A DNA stretch of 64,000 bases, taken from Yuukianura sp. NJ FZ-2021. Lineage: Eukaryota. The stretch lies in the NCBI GenBank assembly GCA_046563655.1, contig CM102286.1, positions 5,642,001 through 5,706,000 of the forward strand, read 5' to 3'. Shown piece after piece: positions 50,795-64,000 of this stretch; the stretch's first letter is position 1, and each line of letters begins with the position of its first letter. Under the pieces are notes generated by a model. It was not told the DNA's origin and did not search any database. It saw only the letters and a program-made list of their open reading frames with translations. Both the position numbers and the translations under genes were made by a program.

Positions 50795-52398
50795 TTTCCT
50801 ATTCGTCTAATTTCTGATATGTTTAAAGTACTTGTATTAATTCAGGATTAAACGATGAACTAAAATTAGTTCAACTATTTATGGAACAATTATTGTCATA
50901 CAGAATGATTAATCCTCGTCATTGTATAATTAGAAACGAAGATAAAGTATATGCGGAAGAGCTTATGTGGTTAACGGTGACAGGACAGGATATAAAAGTG
51001 AAATTATAAATTATTTGTAGTAATACAACCTCGACCTCGAATGCTGAATAGCTACTACTCGGAGTTAGGGCTAAACATTTGAAACACACCCTGAAATGTC
51101 ATAGCTGATAGTGTCAAAGTTTACTTTCAAGGTAACAAACAAGATTGACATCTCTAAAACCTGATACATAATAAAATATAAGTTATATCTTATTACACTT
51201 CAATAAAACGTACGAATAGGTTAACATGCTAAGAACACAAATAATATAAACCAACTATCGAATTGATGATGAATTCCTTAACTCTTACCCTGCAAGTAAA
51301 GAAATCTTGAGTAAAATTTGAAAGTAAATTTTCCTTATGAGATAATGTGTGAACACCGATCATTTATGGTGACCAGCAGACAGACAGACGGGCTCAGGGA
51401 AAACACAAACTAGCAAACTATACTTTCGCTAGTCAATGCGAGTTAATAAAATAAACTTAACCTACTATGTTTGTCTTTGCAAGCTGTTTCAGTCGGAAGC
51501 GAATTTTGTCTCTTCCTTAACGAAATTGCCATCATAAGCCAATGGACCAGGAAAAAATGTGAGTTGAAGAGAAAAAAGAAAGCGGGGAAAAGTAACCAAC
51601 GATGTTTCATTCTTTTAAACTCTTGCTTTAGCTCGAGGAACAGTTTCGTAGTTTTTTTCCCTAAATATTCGTTTCCAAACTTTCCCTGCCTCATGTCGTT
51701 CGGCCGCTGAAACATTTCGCCAAAGAATTTTTTTTCGCAAATTGTCAAATTGTTTCAAACGGATTTGTGTTCAAAACGTATTACGTTTTTAAACTTACTT
51801 AAGTTCATTTGGGGCAGCGTTGTCATCAATCCATTCGAATCGCATGCTACATATACTTACCTAGCCTTAACCTACGACCAGTTTAAAAAGATTACTTTTC
51901 CACAGGAATTAATTAAATTGTTAAGTAAAATTTATTCAAATGAAAATCTTGAATGTTACAACAATGAAACAAAAAGATCGTGTGAAATTGTGTCAAAAAG
52001 TGTGAATCAGCTATTTAATTTGGGTAGCCAGTTTCCAATCAACATTTTTATTTCAAGTTCAAAAGACAAAATCCGCTTCTTTTTCAATTGTGAAAAATCA
52101 AACAATTTTATTTCAACGCCGTGACAGGAGTGGCCTTACCAAAACATTAGGCAAATAATATAGCTTGCGTATTGCAATTGATTAGAATAAAAAACGAATA
52201 AAACGCAAGGAATCGTGAGTTGATTTCTACCTTAACACAACCTTAACTTTGCAAATCTTATTCGAACTAGCATAGCATAATCTCAAAGTGATTTTTGAAA
52301 ACCGGATTTGCTTCCTTTTGATACGGTTTTCGGTAGTATTTGCACAACGTTCCAAAAACCGTCTTAGTCCGTCACTGTCACCTCCAACAGCTCCAGGT

Positions 52399-52708
52399 CA
52401 TAAGCGCCTAACCAAAATGAGTCTCTCCAATAAGCGACTCTCAATAAGAGCCTAAAAAAGAAGCGCCTCCATCCAAAAAGCGCCTCCTCCCAAAAAGAGG
52501 TTCCATCCAAAACCGCCTAACCAAAAAGAGCCTTCAGGCAAAAAGCGCCTCCAATCGAAAAGCGCTTTTTGGATGGAGGCTCTTTTTTGGTGGAGGCGCT
52601 TTTTGGATGGAGGCGCTTATTTTTAGACTCTTGTTGAGAGGCGCTTATTTTTTAGGCTCTTATTGAGAGGCGCTTATTTGAAATTCTCATTTTGGCTAGG
52701 CGCATATG
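52399..52708. mobile_element. Palindromic MITE-like element built from AAGCGCCTCC/AAGAGCCT subrepeats
   Basis: CATAAGCGCCTAACCAAAATGAG ... CTCATTTTGGCTAGGCGCATATG, with internal direct and inverted ~19-bp units. No clear TSD. Confidence 0.65.
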
Positions 52709-53189
52709 GGTTACTACGCCACCCATTATGCCTTGCTTGATTTTATTGCACTTTGTAATCAGATCGATGCGGTAAATTTTGGAGGAAAACCATAGGCGTT
52801 TAACCTTGGAGTAATGAAAAAGCCTAATTACGATAATTAGATTTGTGAATCTTAAAGATACCGAAGCGGATCCCTAGTGTCACTTAGTTTCAACTTGCAC
52901 AAATCACGGTGCGGTGAGCATACTACTCAAACGCATTTGTCCAATGCTCCAGAAGCCACGTCAGAAGGAAAACTTCATAAATTCAACTTTCAATTACTCC
53001 AAGACGAGTAGAAGGATGCTGGACGTTTAGAGCGAAAGGCATTTCAGAATTCTTAGTAGAGTAGGAGCACACGCTTCGTTCTTCAAGTTCTAGGCTAAAT
53101 TTAGCTTTTTGGCAAACCTTTTAGACTCAAATTTGCAAGACTTTTTTAGTTTGACTTGTACAATTCTGGAAATTGGTTCAGTCGTAAGG

Positions 53190-56100
53190 ATGGACTCGCC
53201 TGTGCTGTTCGTCTGGCTAACGTTGAGTCTGACCCTGGTCCTTAGTGGGCACTCAGCAAATGGCGGGGCATCCAAGTCCGAGGGGGTCATTGAAGACATT
53301 AATGCGCGGCAGTTGAACAAGTTCATTCAAGAAAAAGACAACACTGCAATTTTTTGGTGTAAGAAAATTTTTATTACATTTTTCTCAGTTTAAGTCAGCG
53401 TAGGATGCTTTTCTAAGAGACCGAGACCAATGAAATCCAATCTGAGAGATGTGGAATACTAGAAGCCTTTTTCTGTAAAAATAGAAACATATCCTGGTGA
53501 CCTAGCAACGTTGACGGAAATAGATTCCTTTCCTACTTTTCATCTCCTAAGAATCTAAGCTTTTACTTGCTAACATTATTACTATCGACTCCTAAGCCAA
53601 GTTTACGCGTCATGGTTTAGCGCAAACTTAGTATTTGCTTTATGATTTCCTGTCAAGTGGTCAAAAACCGGAAATACTTTAGCAGGTTCTTAGTCAAGTG
53701 TTGATTTTGTGCTTAAAATTTTCATGGACTTTCAAGCATATGCCCTGATGTTTATGAATTCTTTACTTTTGGTTTATTTTTAACCAGATACGAAGAATTG
53801 CAAACCATGCGACTCCGCATTGCAGCAACTGGAAAAAATTGATGGTAAGACAATTAATTTAAATTAACTTAATTGAGTAGATCAAGGTCAAATTGTTGGC
53901 GAAAAACATGCACGACCTAATTAAAAAGCAAGATTTTCTGGTTTTGCAAAACAAATGCAAAAATGAAAGTATTCAGGTTTGAATATGCTCATATGAGTTT
54001 TAATGATTAACTAATCCTATCCAATTAAATCAAGTTCAACTTAGTTGCACTGGTTGTACATCGCAATTAAACTGGTTAATTTAAGTTCTGCCCAGCACAA
54101 GTACGCAATTATGTTGCTAAGAGGTAATCTAATAATAAATCGAATGGAGGTCACACTGGCATATTTCGGTGTTTTCGATGAAACTAGCACAAAATGGCAT
54201 CATATGTTAGAAGAATTTCCCGTAATGCTAACATGTGCCATTTATTTTAGATAAGACAGACCAACTTGGTGTAGAATTTGCCAAGATCAATGATAAACGT
54301 GTGGCCAAAACGTACAACATTGTTGACTTCCCTGTTCTCACTTACTTCCGGAAGGGAACGCAACAACCAATATTTTTCACTGGAGACCTGGAAAATGTTG
54401 AAGCTGTTGAAGAGTTTCTGACTGGCCTACAGTCATCTCCAGATCGAATTGAAGAAGTCAACGAAAAACTCTTGAAGAAGTTGGTAGCTGAAACAAATTT
54501 TGTTGCTGTCCTCTTCTGTAAGTTACCTTTACATGTACCTACTACATATGTTTATGTGTACACAATGCCCCAAATGTCGTTGATGGAAGCTGAAATTGTC
54601 TTTTGATGTTATATTTTTTGATTCGGAATATTATGTACTTTGATGTGGCCCTTGTCTCATTCTTTCCTCGGCTACGCTACACACCTTGCTTTGTCTCCGT
54701 TTTTCAAATTTCGTTTTCATAAGGTCCATCCGTTGCCACTTGCAAGGAAAAGAGTAAGAAATTATCGTCAACTGCATACCTAGATTGTAGTGCATCTTGG
54801 AACAGTTCTGGATGACAATGCAATGGAATGCGTCGTTAACTGTACATACGAGTAGTAGCAGTCGTTCTTTGTTCAGCTCATGATAGCATGATTCTAAACA
54901 ATGTTCCTAATTTTTACTTCACGTCCTAAAACTGCAAGTTTTCCTCAATTTGTAGAGAAGGAAACTAACCATTAACACTAATAGCATGATATTGTTTCTT
55001 TGTTAAATGTTATGGCGTGGCGTCTAACTCATTTCCTGTCAATTACAGACAGACCGGACTGCAAGAAATCTGAGAAAGCACTTCGAGAACTAGAAAACAT
55101 GTGAGTACTTCAGCTTCAACTTGCAATGTCAAATCAATTTTCTTCATGCACACCAATATAACAAAATTAAGGAAAACAAAGTTAACTTTGTTAATGATTT
55201 CCGAAAAACATAGTAGTTAAGATTATGCGGTGATAAAGTTTTATGACGTTTAAACTTTACTTGAACTTATAAATACATTTTTTCATTATAATTAGTACTG
55301 ATAAAGTAAACCGCGTCAGCAATGAATTTTTATTGAACAAGTAATTAAGTCTCATATTTTTTTATTACATTTTCCTGTTCAAAGCTGCTTTCAATTTGTA
55401 TACGTCGATGCGGATAGAGAAAGCGGTTTTTGGTGAAAATTTAGCAAATCAAAATTTTGAAATTTTGTAGAGATGATGAGGCCGATGAGCTTGGAATTGC
55501 CTTTGTGAAAATTAACGACGATGTACTTGCGGATGAGTACAACCTCAAAAATCTTCCTGCATTGGTTTACTACAGAGCCCAAATTCCAATTGTTTTTGAC
55601 GGTAAAAACTTCATTGTTCTGATGTTTCATCAAATATTCCAGACATAAGTATCTATATTTCAGAAATAGCATAAAGTATTTCAACGACTTCCTACTTTTC
55701 TTGCAGGGGACTTAACAAAGGAAGAGCAAGTGCTAGAAGTAAGTCTCACACAAAAATATTTTTACGACTTTTCAAATTTTTCATACCGTTTGCATATTTT
55801 AGTGGCTGATTCAAAACAAATCGATGGGAGGTAATGTGGTCTCGTTGGGTTTAAATCTTTAAGAAATCATTAAACTTTACTTGTATGCTTTTTTTTACTT
55901 TAACACAAAAATCCTTACTTTTTAGACGAAGATGAAGAAATCGAAGCCGTGAGTGCTAAAGCATTGGAGACGCTGATTGATTCCATCGAAAAATTGGCAG
56001 TTCTATTCCTGGATAATTCTCCACTTTCTGCCAGTTCCCTCAAGGAACTAGAACACATCGACGACGATTGTGGTCGAAACGGTAAGTTTATGTTAATAGT

Positions 56101-59100
56101 TACCAAATACTTATTCTTCTAAACCTTATGCCTTCTCCTGTGTTTATTTTTTCCCAATACATGGCATACGTCATTTATGATTTTTCAGGGATCGAATTTG
56201 TTAAGACGGACGACAAGAAGGCTGCCAAGCAGCACGGAATTGATGAGTTGCCGACTCTCGTCTACTATGAAAATCGCGTGCCAAATGTTTATGACGGTGA
56301 GTTTGCTCGGATATATTTATTTGGAGAAGGCGGCAAGTGAAGGCAGTTAATCATAACTCAATCCTGGAATCTTCTTTATTTTTAGGTGACCTTCGAAATG
56401 AAGAACAAGTACTTGAATGGTAAAACTTTTTTGCAAAGATGTTTAAAGATTTTCCCAAATTTTTTGACTTCAGTCAATAAACTTTGGATTTTCTTTTAAA
56501 AAATCATCGTTTCTTGTTTGTCTTTTTCAGGTTGTTGCACCAACTCCAATCGGACGAAATTGAGGACGTGACAGGTTTGCTATTTGGAAAACTTTTAATT
56601 TTATTAAAACTTTCAAATGAAGTGTTTTGTTCTAGATGTGATGTTGGACAGACTTATTCATGAATCCAAGTATCTTGCTGTTTTATTTTGTAAGTCATAC
56701 CGTAAAAAAATTGTTCGGGTTATGATTTACATGACCTGTTATAATAAATATTTTAGACTCCGAAGATCAGAAAGAGTCAAGAGAAGTTCTTGTTGAATTG
56801 GAAAACATCGGTAAATCCAGCAAAATAGTTACTACTCTCATTTGAATTTCGCTTAACATCGTTTATAAAAATTGCTGAATCCCAATTACTTGTAGATGAT
56901 GAGTGCGACGCCAAAGGCATCAATTTCGTAAAAATTGGTGAGTACACTAAAAATTAATACAAAAAAAAACCTTCAGTGAAATCTTAAGTTTTTGTGGATT
57001 TTGCAAATTGCAATTAATTTTATTACAAAATCGCATTCCTTAGACGACTTGTCCGAAGCCGCTGAATATGGAATTGATGTAACACCGAAATTGGTCTACT
57101 TTGAAAATTCCATTCCAAGTCTCTACGAAGGGAATTTGATGAAGGAAGAAGATGGTATAAAAGCTATAAAAATCCATTTCAACCAAATTTAAAGCTATAA
57201 GCATTAGCGATTCTATGTTGCTATTTGTAGTGCTGGCTTGGTTGATTCAACAAACGGAAACTGACGAAATAGAGGATGTGACGGATGAGATGCTGGAGAA
57301 ACTGATTAACAACAACCGTGAAATTGCAGTATTATTTTGTAAGATTCTCGACTCATTAATGCTTAATATGCTTCCTAATGCCGTTCCTGTCCCTTCAAAC
57401 GGAAAGTTTCAACTTTTCAAAATTTCCCTTCACTTTCCCATTTTCATTTTGGAATTTGGTTGCCTCTTGTTTCCCTAACGCCTCAGTATCAAACTGACTT
57501 TCTCAAGAAAGAGCAGGCGGGACTTTCTCCTTATTCGTTTCACTGCCTTCTCACGCTTGCTTTCTTTTTCTTTCCATGTCTTCAAGCATTACATGATGAT
57601 GTGGCTGTACTTTTCTGTAAGAGCTTCTTATTGTTTTACTATGATTTACTTACTAATAAAGCTACCACACGCACCATTGCTAACAGTATACTAAACATTA
57701 CTAACCTCAAATCCTTCTATTCCTGAAAATTACGTTGATGATTTTAATTTAGTTATTTATCATTTTGTAACGCTTTTTAACATATTTTAACAGACGATAA
57801 AAGCCAAAAGAAGTCTCAAAAGATCATCCAAGAGCTGGAACAAATCGATCAGGAATGTGACAAGCATGGAATCATTTTTGTCAAAATTTCTGATGAAGGA
57901 AAAGTCAAGGAATTGGGCCTCCAAGTTCCTGCCCTCATCTACTTTGAATCAAAGGTTTGCAAAATGAACAATCAGATTTTGTAGTATATTTTCTCAACTT
58001 ACTTTAGTGCGCTTAATACTATCAAGATAAGTTAGATTTATAATGTTGTTTAATTGTGGAATTTAACAAACAGGTTCCACATCTTTTTGAGGGCGACTTA
58101 TCCGATGAAGATGCTGTTTTAAAAGTAAGTTTGTTTAAACATTTGGGACGAATTTGGCGACTAATTTTGTTTTGTTTTTTAAACAGTGGTAAGACTCTGG
58201 ACACACTTTAGTATTCGAGCAAAAGACGTTCTCTGTATTTCTAAATTTACTTTAGGTTGCTTCATCAACTACATGCTGATGAAATTGAAGAGGTAGGAAA
58301 GACTACGTCCAATTAACCACAATTAATTATTTATAAGTGTTGAAGTTCCGACTACAGCATAGGTTATGTTTCCGTAGGTTACAGACGAAATGCTGGACCA
58401 GCTCATTGAAAAGAACCCTTATGTAGCCGCGGTAAGCACAAACTACCTTACAAACTTTGTAGACGTTGTGAATAATGTATTAAATCATAAGAATTGTTGA
58501 ATTTTCAAATACCTAGCTTTTCTATGACAAAGACGACAAGCAAGACATCCAAATCCTGAACTCTCTGGAAAACATCGACGATGAGGTTTGTTCCCACATC
58601 AGAACAAAATGATTTCAGGAAGATAAAAATTGAAACTCTTTCGTATTTTCTAGTGTGATTCACATGGAATCCTTTTTGTAAAAATTGACGATGACAATGA
58701 AGCCAAAGAGTATGGTCTCGAGAACTTGCCAGTGCTGATTTACTTTGAAAACAAAGTGAGTTGATACATTATTGGTTCTTTACGCACAGAGAATAGATTT
58801 AATTGCAGCTAACTTATGTTCAATACCCCGTTAGATCTAAATCTTAACGACAAAATTGAGTTAAATGATGATTCAGTAATGGCGTATTTACTATTAATAG
58901 GTACCAAGTATTTTTGAAGGAGATTTGTCGGTTGAAGAGAACGTGCTAAAATGGCTGGTAGAGCAGCGTACAATGGATACCATTGAAGAGGTACATTTGT
59001 CTACAAATATTATATTACATAGTTTCTTGGAGTTCTGAATTTTTTTTTAAACTCTTACCTAGGTCACTGACGAAATGCTGGAGAAACTAGTCAACACTCA

Positions 59101-62100
59101 TACTTATGTTGCAGTTTACTTCAGTAAGTGCATTTAGTCGATCTTTATTTCATGTACACTTTTGTACATTTTCTGAAATGTTTGACAAAGGCGGGCCTTG
59201 TGACGAAACTGACGCAGAAAGTTCTTGCACGTCCATCTTAGCGGAACTAGAATCGCTGGATGATGACACTGACGAAGGTGACATTTTCATTGTGTTTGAT
59301 AAATTTGAATCTCAAAATAATTCTAACTTGAAACGTTTTACCACGTTTCCAGCGGGAATACAAATGGTGACCACTGAGGAACAGCTTTTCGGAAAGAAAA
59401 TTGGAGTAAAAAACTATCCAGCTCTTGTGAGTTAATACCAATATTATTCCCGGCGCAATTTGTGCAAGTTAAGAAAGAATCAGTCTAACGCAAGTTAATA
59501 ATTTTGGGATTCTTTCTGCTAGGTCATGTTCAGAAACGGAGATCCATTGTTTTACAAGGGGAGCTTAACCGATGAGGATGAAATGGTAATGGATTTTTTA
59601 AACTATCACTTTTGAACAATTCTTAGAGCTATTTGATTTGTCTGCAGTTGGCTTGGCTAACGGATGAGACGACGCTGGAGCTGCCAGATCGAATTGAAGA
59701 GGTCAACCTCAAAATGCTCCAACGACTTCTGGATCAACAAGAACACGTTGTCGTATTCTTCTACAACGCAGATGACAAGAAATCTCAACGGATTTTGCAG
59801 CAGTTGGAAAACATCGATGATGAAGTATGGATTTCCACTGGAGTCTAAATAATTTTGCAATATTCTATTTCAAAATTATACTATTGGAAATATAGGCGGA
59901 CAACGAAGGAATGGCATTCGTAAAAATCTCTGATCCGGATATGTTGAGGGAATACGATCTGAACCCATTGCCTGCATTGGTACGACTCATTGCTGCATTT
60001 CTTCCTTGAAAGTTACCACAAAGTTGATTAACTTTTAATTTAACATAGGTTTACTTCCGAGCTAAATTTCCACGAATCTATCCTGGTGATTTGCATAAAG
60101 AGTCAAACGTACTTCAATGGCTTTTGGAACTGAAAAAGACTCCAACAGATCTCATCGAAGAAGTTGATCGCCGAACTTTGAGAATGCTACTTGACGAAAT
60201 GGTAACTACATTTTCAATTTCAACTAAAATGTTTTACTTTTTAAATTATTTCATTTTTTCTTTATTTAGGATCACGTTGGCGTCTTCTTCTATGAAGACA
60301 CTTGCACCAAATTGTGTGCCGACATTTTGCACGATCTGGAAACAATCGATGGTAACATTTTCTCAATTTTTCTACGGAAATATTTTCTCGTCAGGAGTAA
60401 ATATGAATCTTCATACGTATTTTAATTTAGATGAAGCCGAAGAAGAAGGAATCCAAATGGTGAAAACCACTGATCTTACAATTGCTGAAGAACTGAACTT
60501 GAAGGAATTCCCTGCTTTCGTTTACTACCAAGGTGGTATCCCCAGCATCTTCAAAGGTACGTGATTGACCTCTTTTTTTGACCTACGTTTTTCAATAGTC
60601 ATAAGTAAAACCACTACGGATAACGTACCTGCAGGTGACTTAACTGACGAGGGAGGAGTTTTAAGGTGGATGCGCATGATTCATGCGATCACTACTGGCC
60701 CTGAAGAGAGTGAGTTTTTTTTTGTTTTTGCAAACAGCCGCCATTTGCATTCCAACACAAAGCACTACACACACTGCTAAGCTACTGCTTAACCAATGCT
60801 TAAGCTTCCTACTACATTTGACACAGTTTGACAACAGAAACATAATATAATAACACTCTAGGCTCCTCGACCTCTCCCCGAGTGAAATCCGGAAAATCTG
60901 GATTAAAGGACGAATTATAATTGAGCCTCCTTTCCAGCACCCCTCACATGCCTTACAATGAAGTTAACAGAAGAATACGATAATCGTGAACGAGAATTTC
61001 GATGTTGTCCTGCCACCATGGACGTTTGTGCAGGTATGGTAAAGGTCACTCCCAGGGAAAAGGAATGTCACCCCACAGGGTCCAGTTCCCCAAAAGTACA
61101 AAATGACGAACGAGACGAAACGACTGATGATGCAGACGACGACGACCGGAGCGAGCCGGTTGATTCGTCCAAAAAGCCCGCCAAAAATCCTCCGGCGACC
61201 CAGAAGAAAGCTGACGAGGAAGAACGACGCAGAACTGACGTGCGCAAGCGAATTCTGTCGACCGGCAAGCTGTCTGCAGGTAGCTGACCTTTCCTAATCC
61301 CTGGGAGTGACATCTTCATCCCCAGCCAAGGTCAAGGTCGTACAAAATGTGTTACTTTTCTATGTTACTTTTAGGACCTCCCAAGAAACAGGACAAACTC
61401 CGACCCTCCCTCGTCAGCTCAGTCCTGCAAAAACTCTCCATGGTGTTCAATTAGATCTTCACTGCTCAAAATTTTAAATTTTAATTTTCAAAGCAATCTT
61501 TTCTTTCTGGCAAAATATCAAATTTTCTTTAAATTACAAAAAAAAAACGGACTTAATAAAATTACTAAGCAAATTTTATGCGGAACGGAGAGTGCCAAAA
61601 ACACTTATTGGCCTGCACTGAGAACATCCAACCTTATTTTAGATGACCTTGAAAACCAAGAAGAAGTTTATGACTGGCTTGTGTATCAACGGCATTTTGA
61701 AGCGTTACCGGAGCTGACGCGGGCTGACCTTGATGATTTGATTGGAGACAGCGATTACCTTAGCGTTTTATTTTGTAAGTTGTGCGTAGATTTTATGTTT
61801 TTAGACGTACAAGTAATTATAGCAGCGCACGCGCACAGTTTCAAATTATAGCGACACTGCGTCTGCTCGAGCACTTCGTCGAGCGTGTATTATTGCTGAG
61901 GATGCAGCTGAATTCGGAATACCGATTGCAAAAATGGGTAAGCAGAGCAGTCTGATTGATACAAAATAAGTTGTGCAAATGTATTATTTAGTAATGCTTT
62001 CTTTATTCAAACTGTGAATATACTAACTAGGCGATCCAATCATTGCCAAAAAATATGGTGTAAGAGAACTTCCTGGACTGATTTTATTTCGGTAAATTTG

Positions 62101-64000
62101 AAATTTTGGAAATGTCGTATACATTTTTCAAACAAACGTTGGATTTGAATTTAGACGCGGGCGTCATATAAAATACGACGACAGTATGGAGGACGAAGAG
62201 GAAATGCTGGATTTCTTAACCGCTCCAGAGAATATGATTTTGAAGTGAGCATTTTTTGTTGTTTCGTTAGTTCGAAATTTTATAAAATAAGATAAGCGAT
62301 ATATTTATTTACAATTTTTTTTCGTACGGTAAATCTTCATCTAATTTTCCGGGATAAACTGAAAATAGTGACCAGGTAAAGCTAAAATTCTTCGCTCTTT
62401 TATGGTGAAATAATTGAGCTGCCGCTTTACTTAATTGGATTGGATTGGTTAATAGATTGAAGTTGTTAATGCCAAAATGCTGGCGAGAATGCGGGACATG
62501 ACGGAACATTTGTTAGTATTGTTTTGTAAGAAACCTGGCCTTGCTATTAATATTATTATTATGACATATTTCAAAATGACTGTATAATTCTAGTTAGCGA
62601 AACGGAATGCAAACAGTGCGAACGAGTCGTAACAGCTCTGGAAGAAATTGACGACGATGCTGCTGAGGTGTACACTCAAATATAAACTGTTTTATATTTT
62701 TTTATGTTTTGTTTAATTTTTTTTTTTTGCTGTTTTAGATTGGAGTAAACTTTGTTAGAATCGACGGTAAGGTTGAACAGTAACACCTCATTTCAAAGGT
62801 TAAGTACAAGTTTATTAAATTTATTTCAATTTTTTTTAACTCTTTAGATTGGGCGTTAGCAAAATCGTTGGGAGTCCATGCTCTTCCTGCGCTTTTGTAT
62901 TTCAGGTGACAACACTGTACCACAATTTAGATATAATTGAAGTTTCACCAATTTTGGGATAATTTTCAACGAAATTGTGTTTTCTGTTTAGGCTGGGATC
63001 AGATGAGCCCGTTATTTATGCCGGAGATCTACGAGCTCCCAGTAAAATCCTTGAGGTTATTTGTAATTTCAAAATTAGGATTCATAAAATTGACATTTTA
63101 TTGCACATATAAAGTGCTGTTTTTGTTTAACAGTGGATAATGATGCGAAAAGATCCAACAGGAGTAGCAATGGCTGAAGTCAATGGGGCCGAATTGGATG
63201 AGCTAATCAAAGCCGAAGACTCCGCAATTGTTGTCTACTTCTGTAATTTATTAATTAATTTTTAATTCATTAATTAATGTAACAGTATTCTGGGTTTTTT
63301 GCTTGTAAATTAATGTTAATTAACTTCAGTTGTATTTTTCAAACTTTAGACAACAAATCCCATTGTTCAGCTTGTGAACCAGAGAAGCACTCTCGAAAGC
63401 GAAAGCAGACGGAGGAAGACACGGAGGCGGAAGCAAGTATTGGTTCAACAACATCAAGAGATTCCAATCGTTTTTTTAAACGAATACAGAAACACTGAAT
63501 TAATTTCGATTTAAAAAACGTTTTTAGGTCGTCTATCACTATGTGCACAGTGTACTAACATTTTGGTAAAGCTTGAAAATGTAGACGATGAAGTTGCCCG
63601 ACGCGGTGTGACTTTCCTGAGGACTGGGGACCTCGACTTTGCAGCTACCCAAGGGGTCACCGAGTACCCTGCATTAGTTTATTTTGGAAATGGTAACATT
63701 TTGCAGCTTATCATTGACGTCAACAGTTCAGTAAGTGTGAAATTACTAAGTTGTACCATCTTTACATCTTAAGGTGTTGCATCTGTCTATGAAACATTGA
63801 TGGAGGCAGAAGAAGATGACATTCGACACTGGATAATGGAACAGAAAACGGACGAGCGAATTGAAATGGTGACTCGAGGGATGCTGGATCAATTGCTCAT
63901 AGACGTCCATTACCTCGCTGTAACCACTATTTTACTCCCGTCACTTCCTTGTTGTTAAACGTCATGATTAACCTTGTATATTTTATTTTTCAAAAACTTT
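53190..64000 (+). CDS. Large secretory-pathway multi-thioredoxin-fold protein (Drosophila l(2)01289-like); dozens of small exons, alternative 3' ends, continues past the window
   Basis: Signal peptide MDSPVLFVWLTLSLTLVLSGHSA, then many ~105-aa repeats IE.V....L..L......VAV.FY......L..LENIDDE....GI.FVK......A..YG....P.L.YF....P..Y.GDL..E..VL.WL; some carry CxxC (CKPC, CKQC, CAQC). Confidence 0.88.

Overview
AT-rich, gene-dense eukaryotic DNA with very short (~60-70 nt) introns. The gene set (gustatory receptor, UGT, Numb, l(2)01289-like multi-thioredoxin protein) points to an arthropod, probably a hexapod (inference). The window opens with a >=2.4 kb near-perfect palindrome built from 21-bp and 42-bp tandem arrays. 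It is followed by an orphan intronless ORF, a tRNA-like fold-back and a divergent SNAPC4-like multi-Myb gene. Recognisable host genes follow: CCDC85, an SLC25A29/45-like carrier, numb, DCAF5, a GR, a TIGAR-like phosphatase, SMKR1-like, a UGT, an XK-related-like membrane protein, and a large multi-thioredoxin-fold gene running off the end. Mobile DNA includes a young full-length BEL/Pao LTR retrotransposon (5-bp TSD, near-identical LTRs, no canonical PBS), a pogo remnant, several MITEs and an 11-bp minisatellite. The most notable items are the palindrome module, a 2-nt microexon and three alternative C-termini (one KDEL) in the thioredoxin gene, and a possible self-priming structure in the BEL element. 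All family calls come from remembered motifs, not database searches. Exon boundaries were read by eye.
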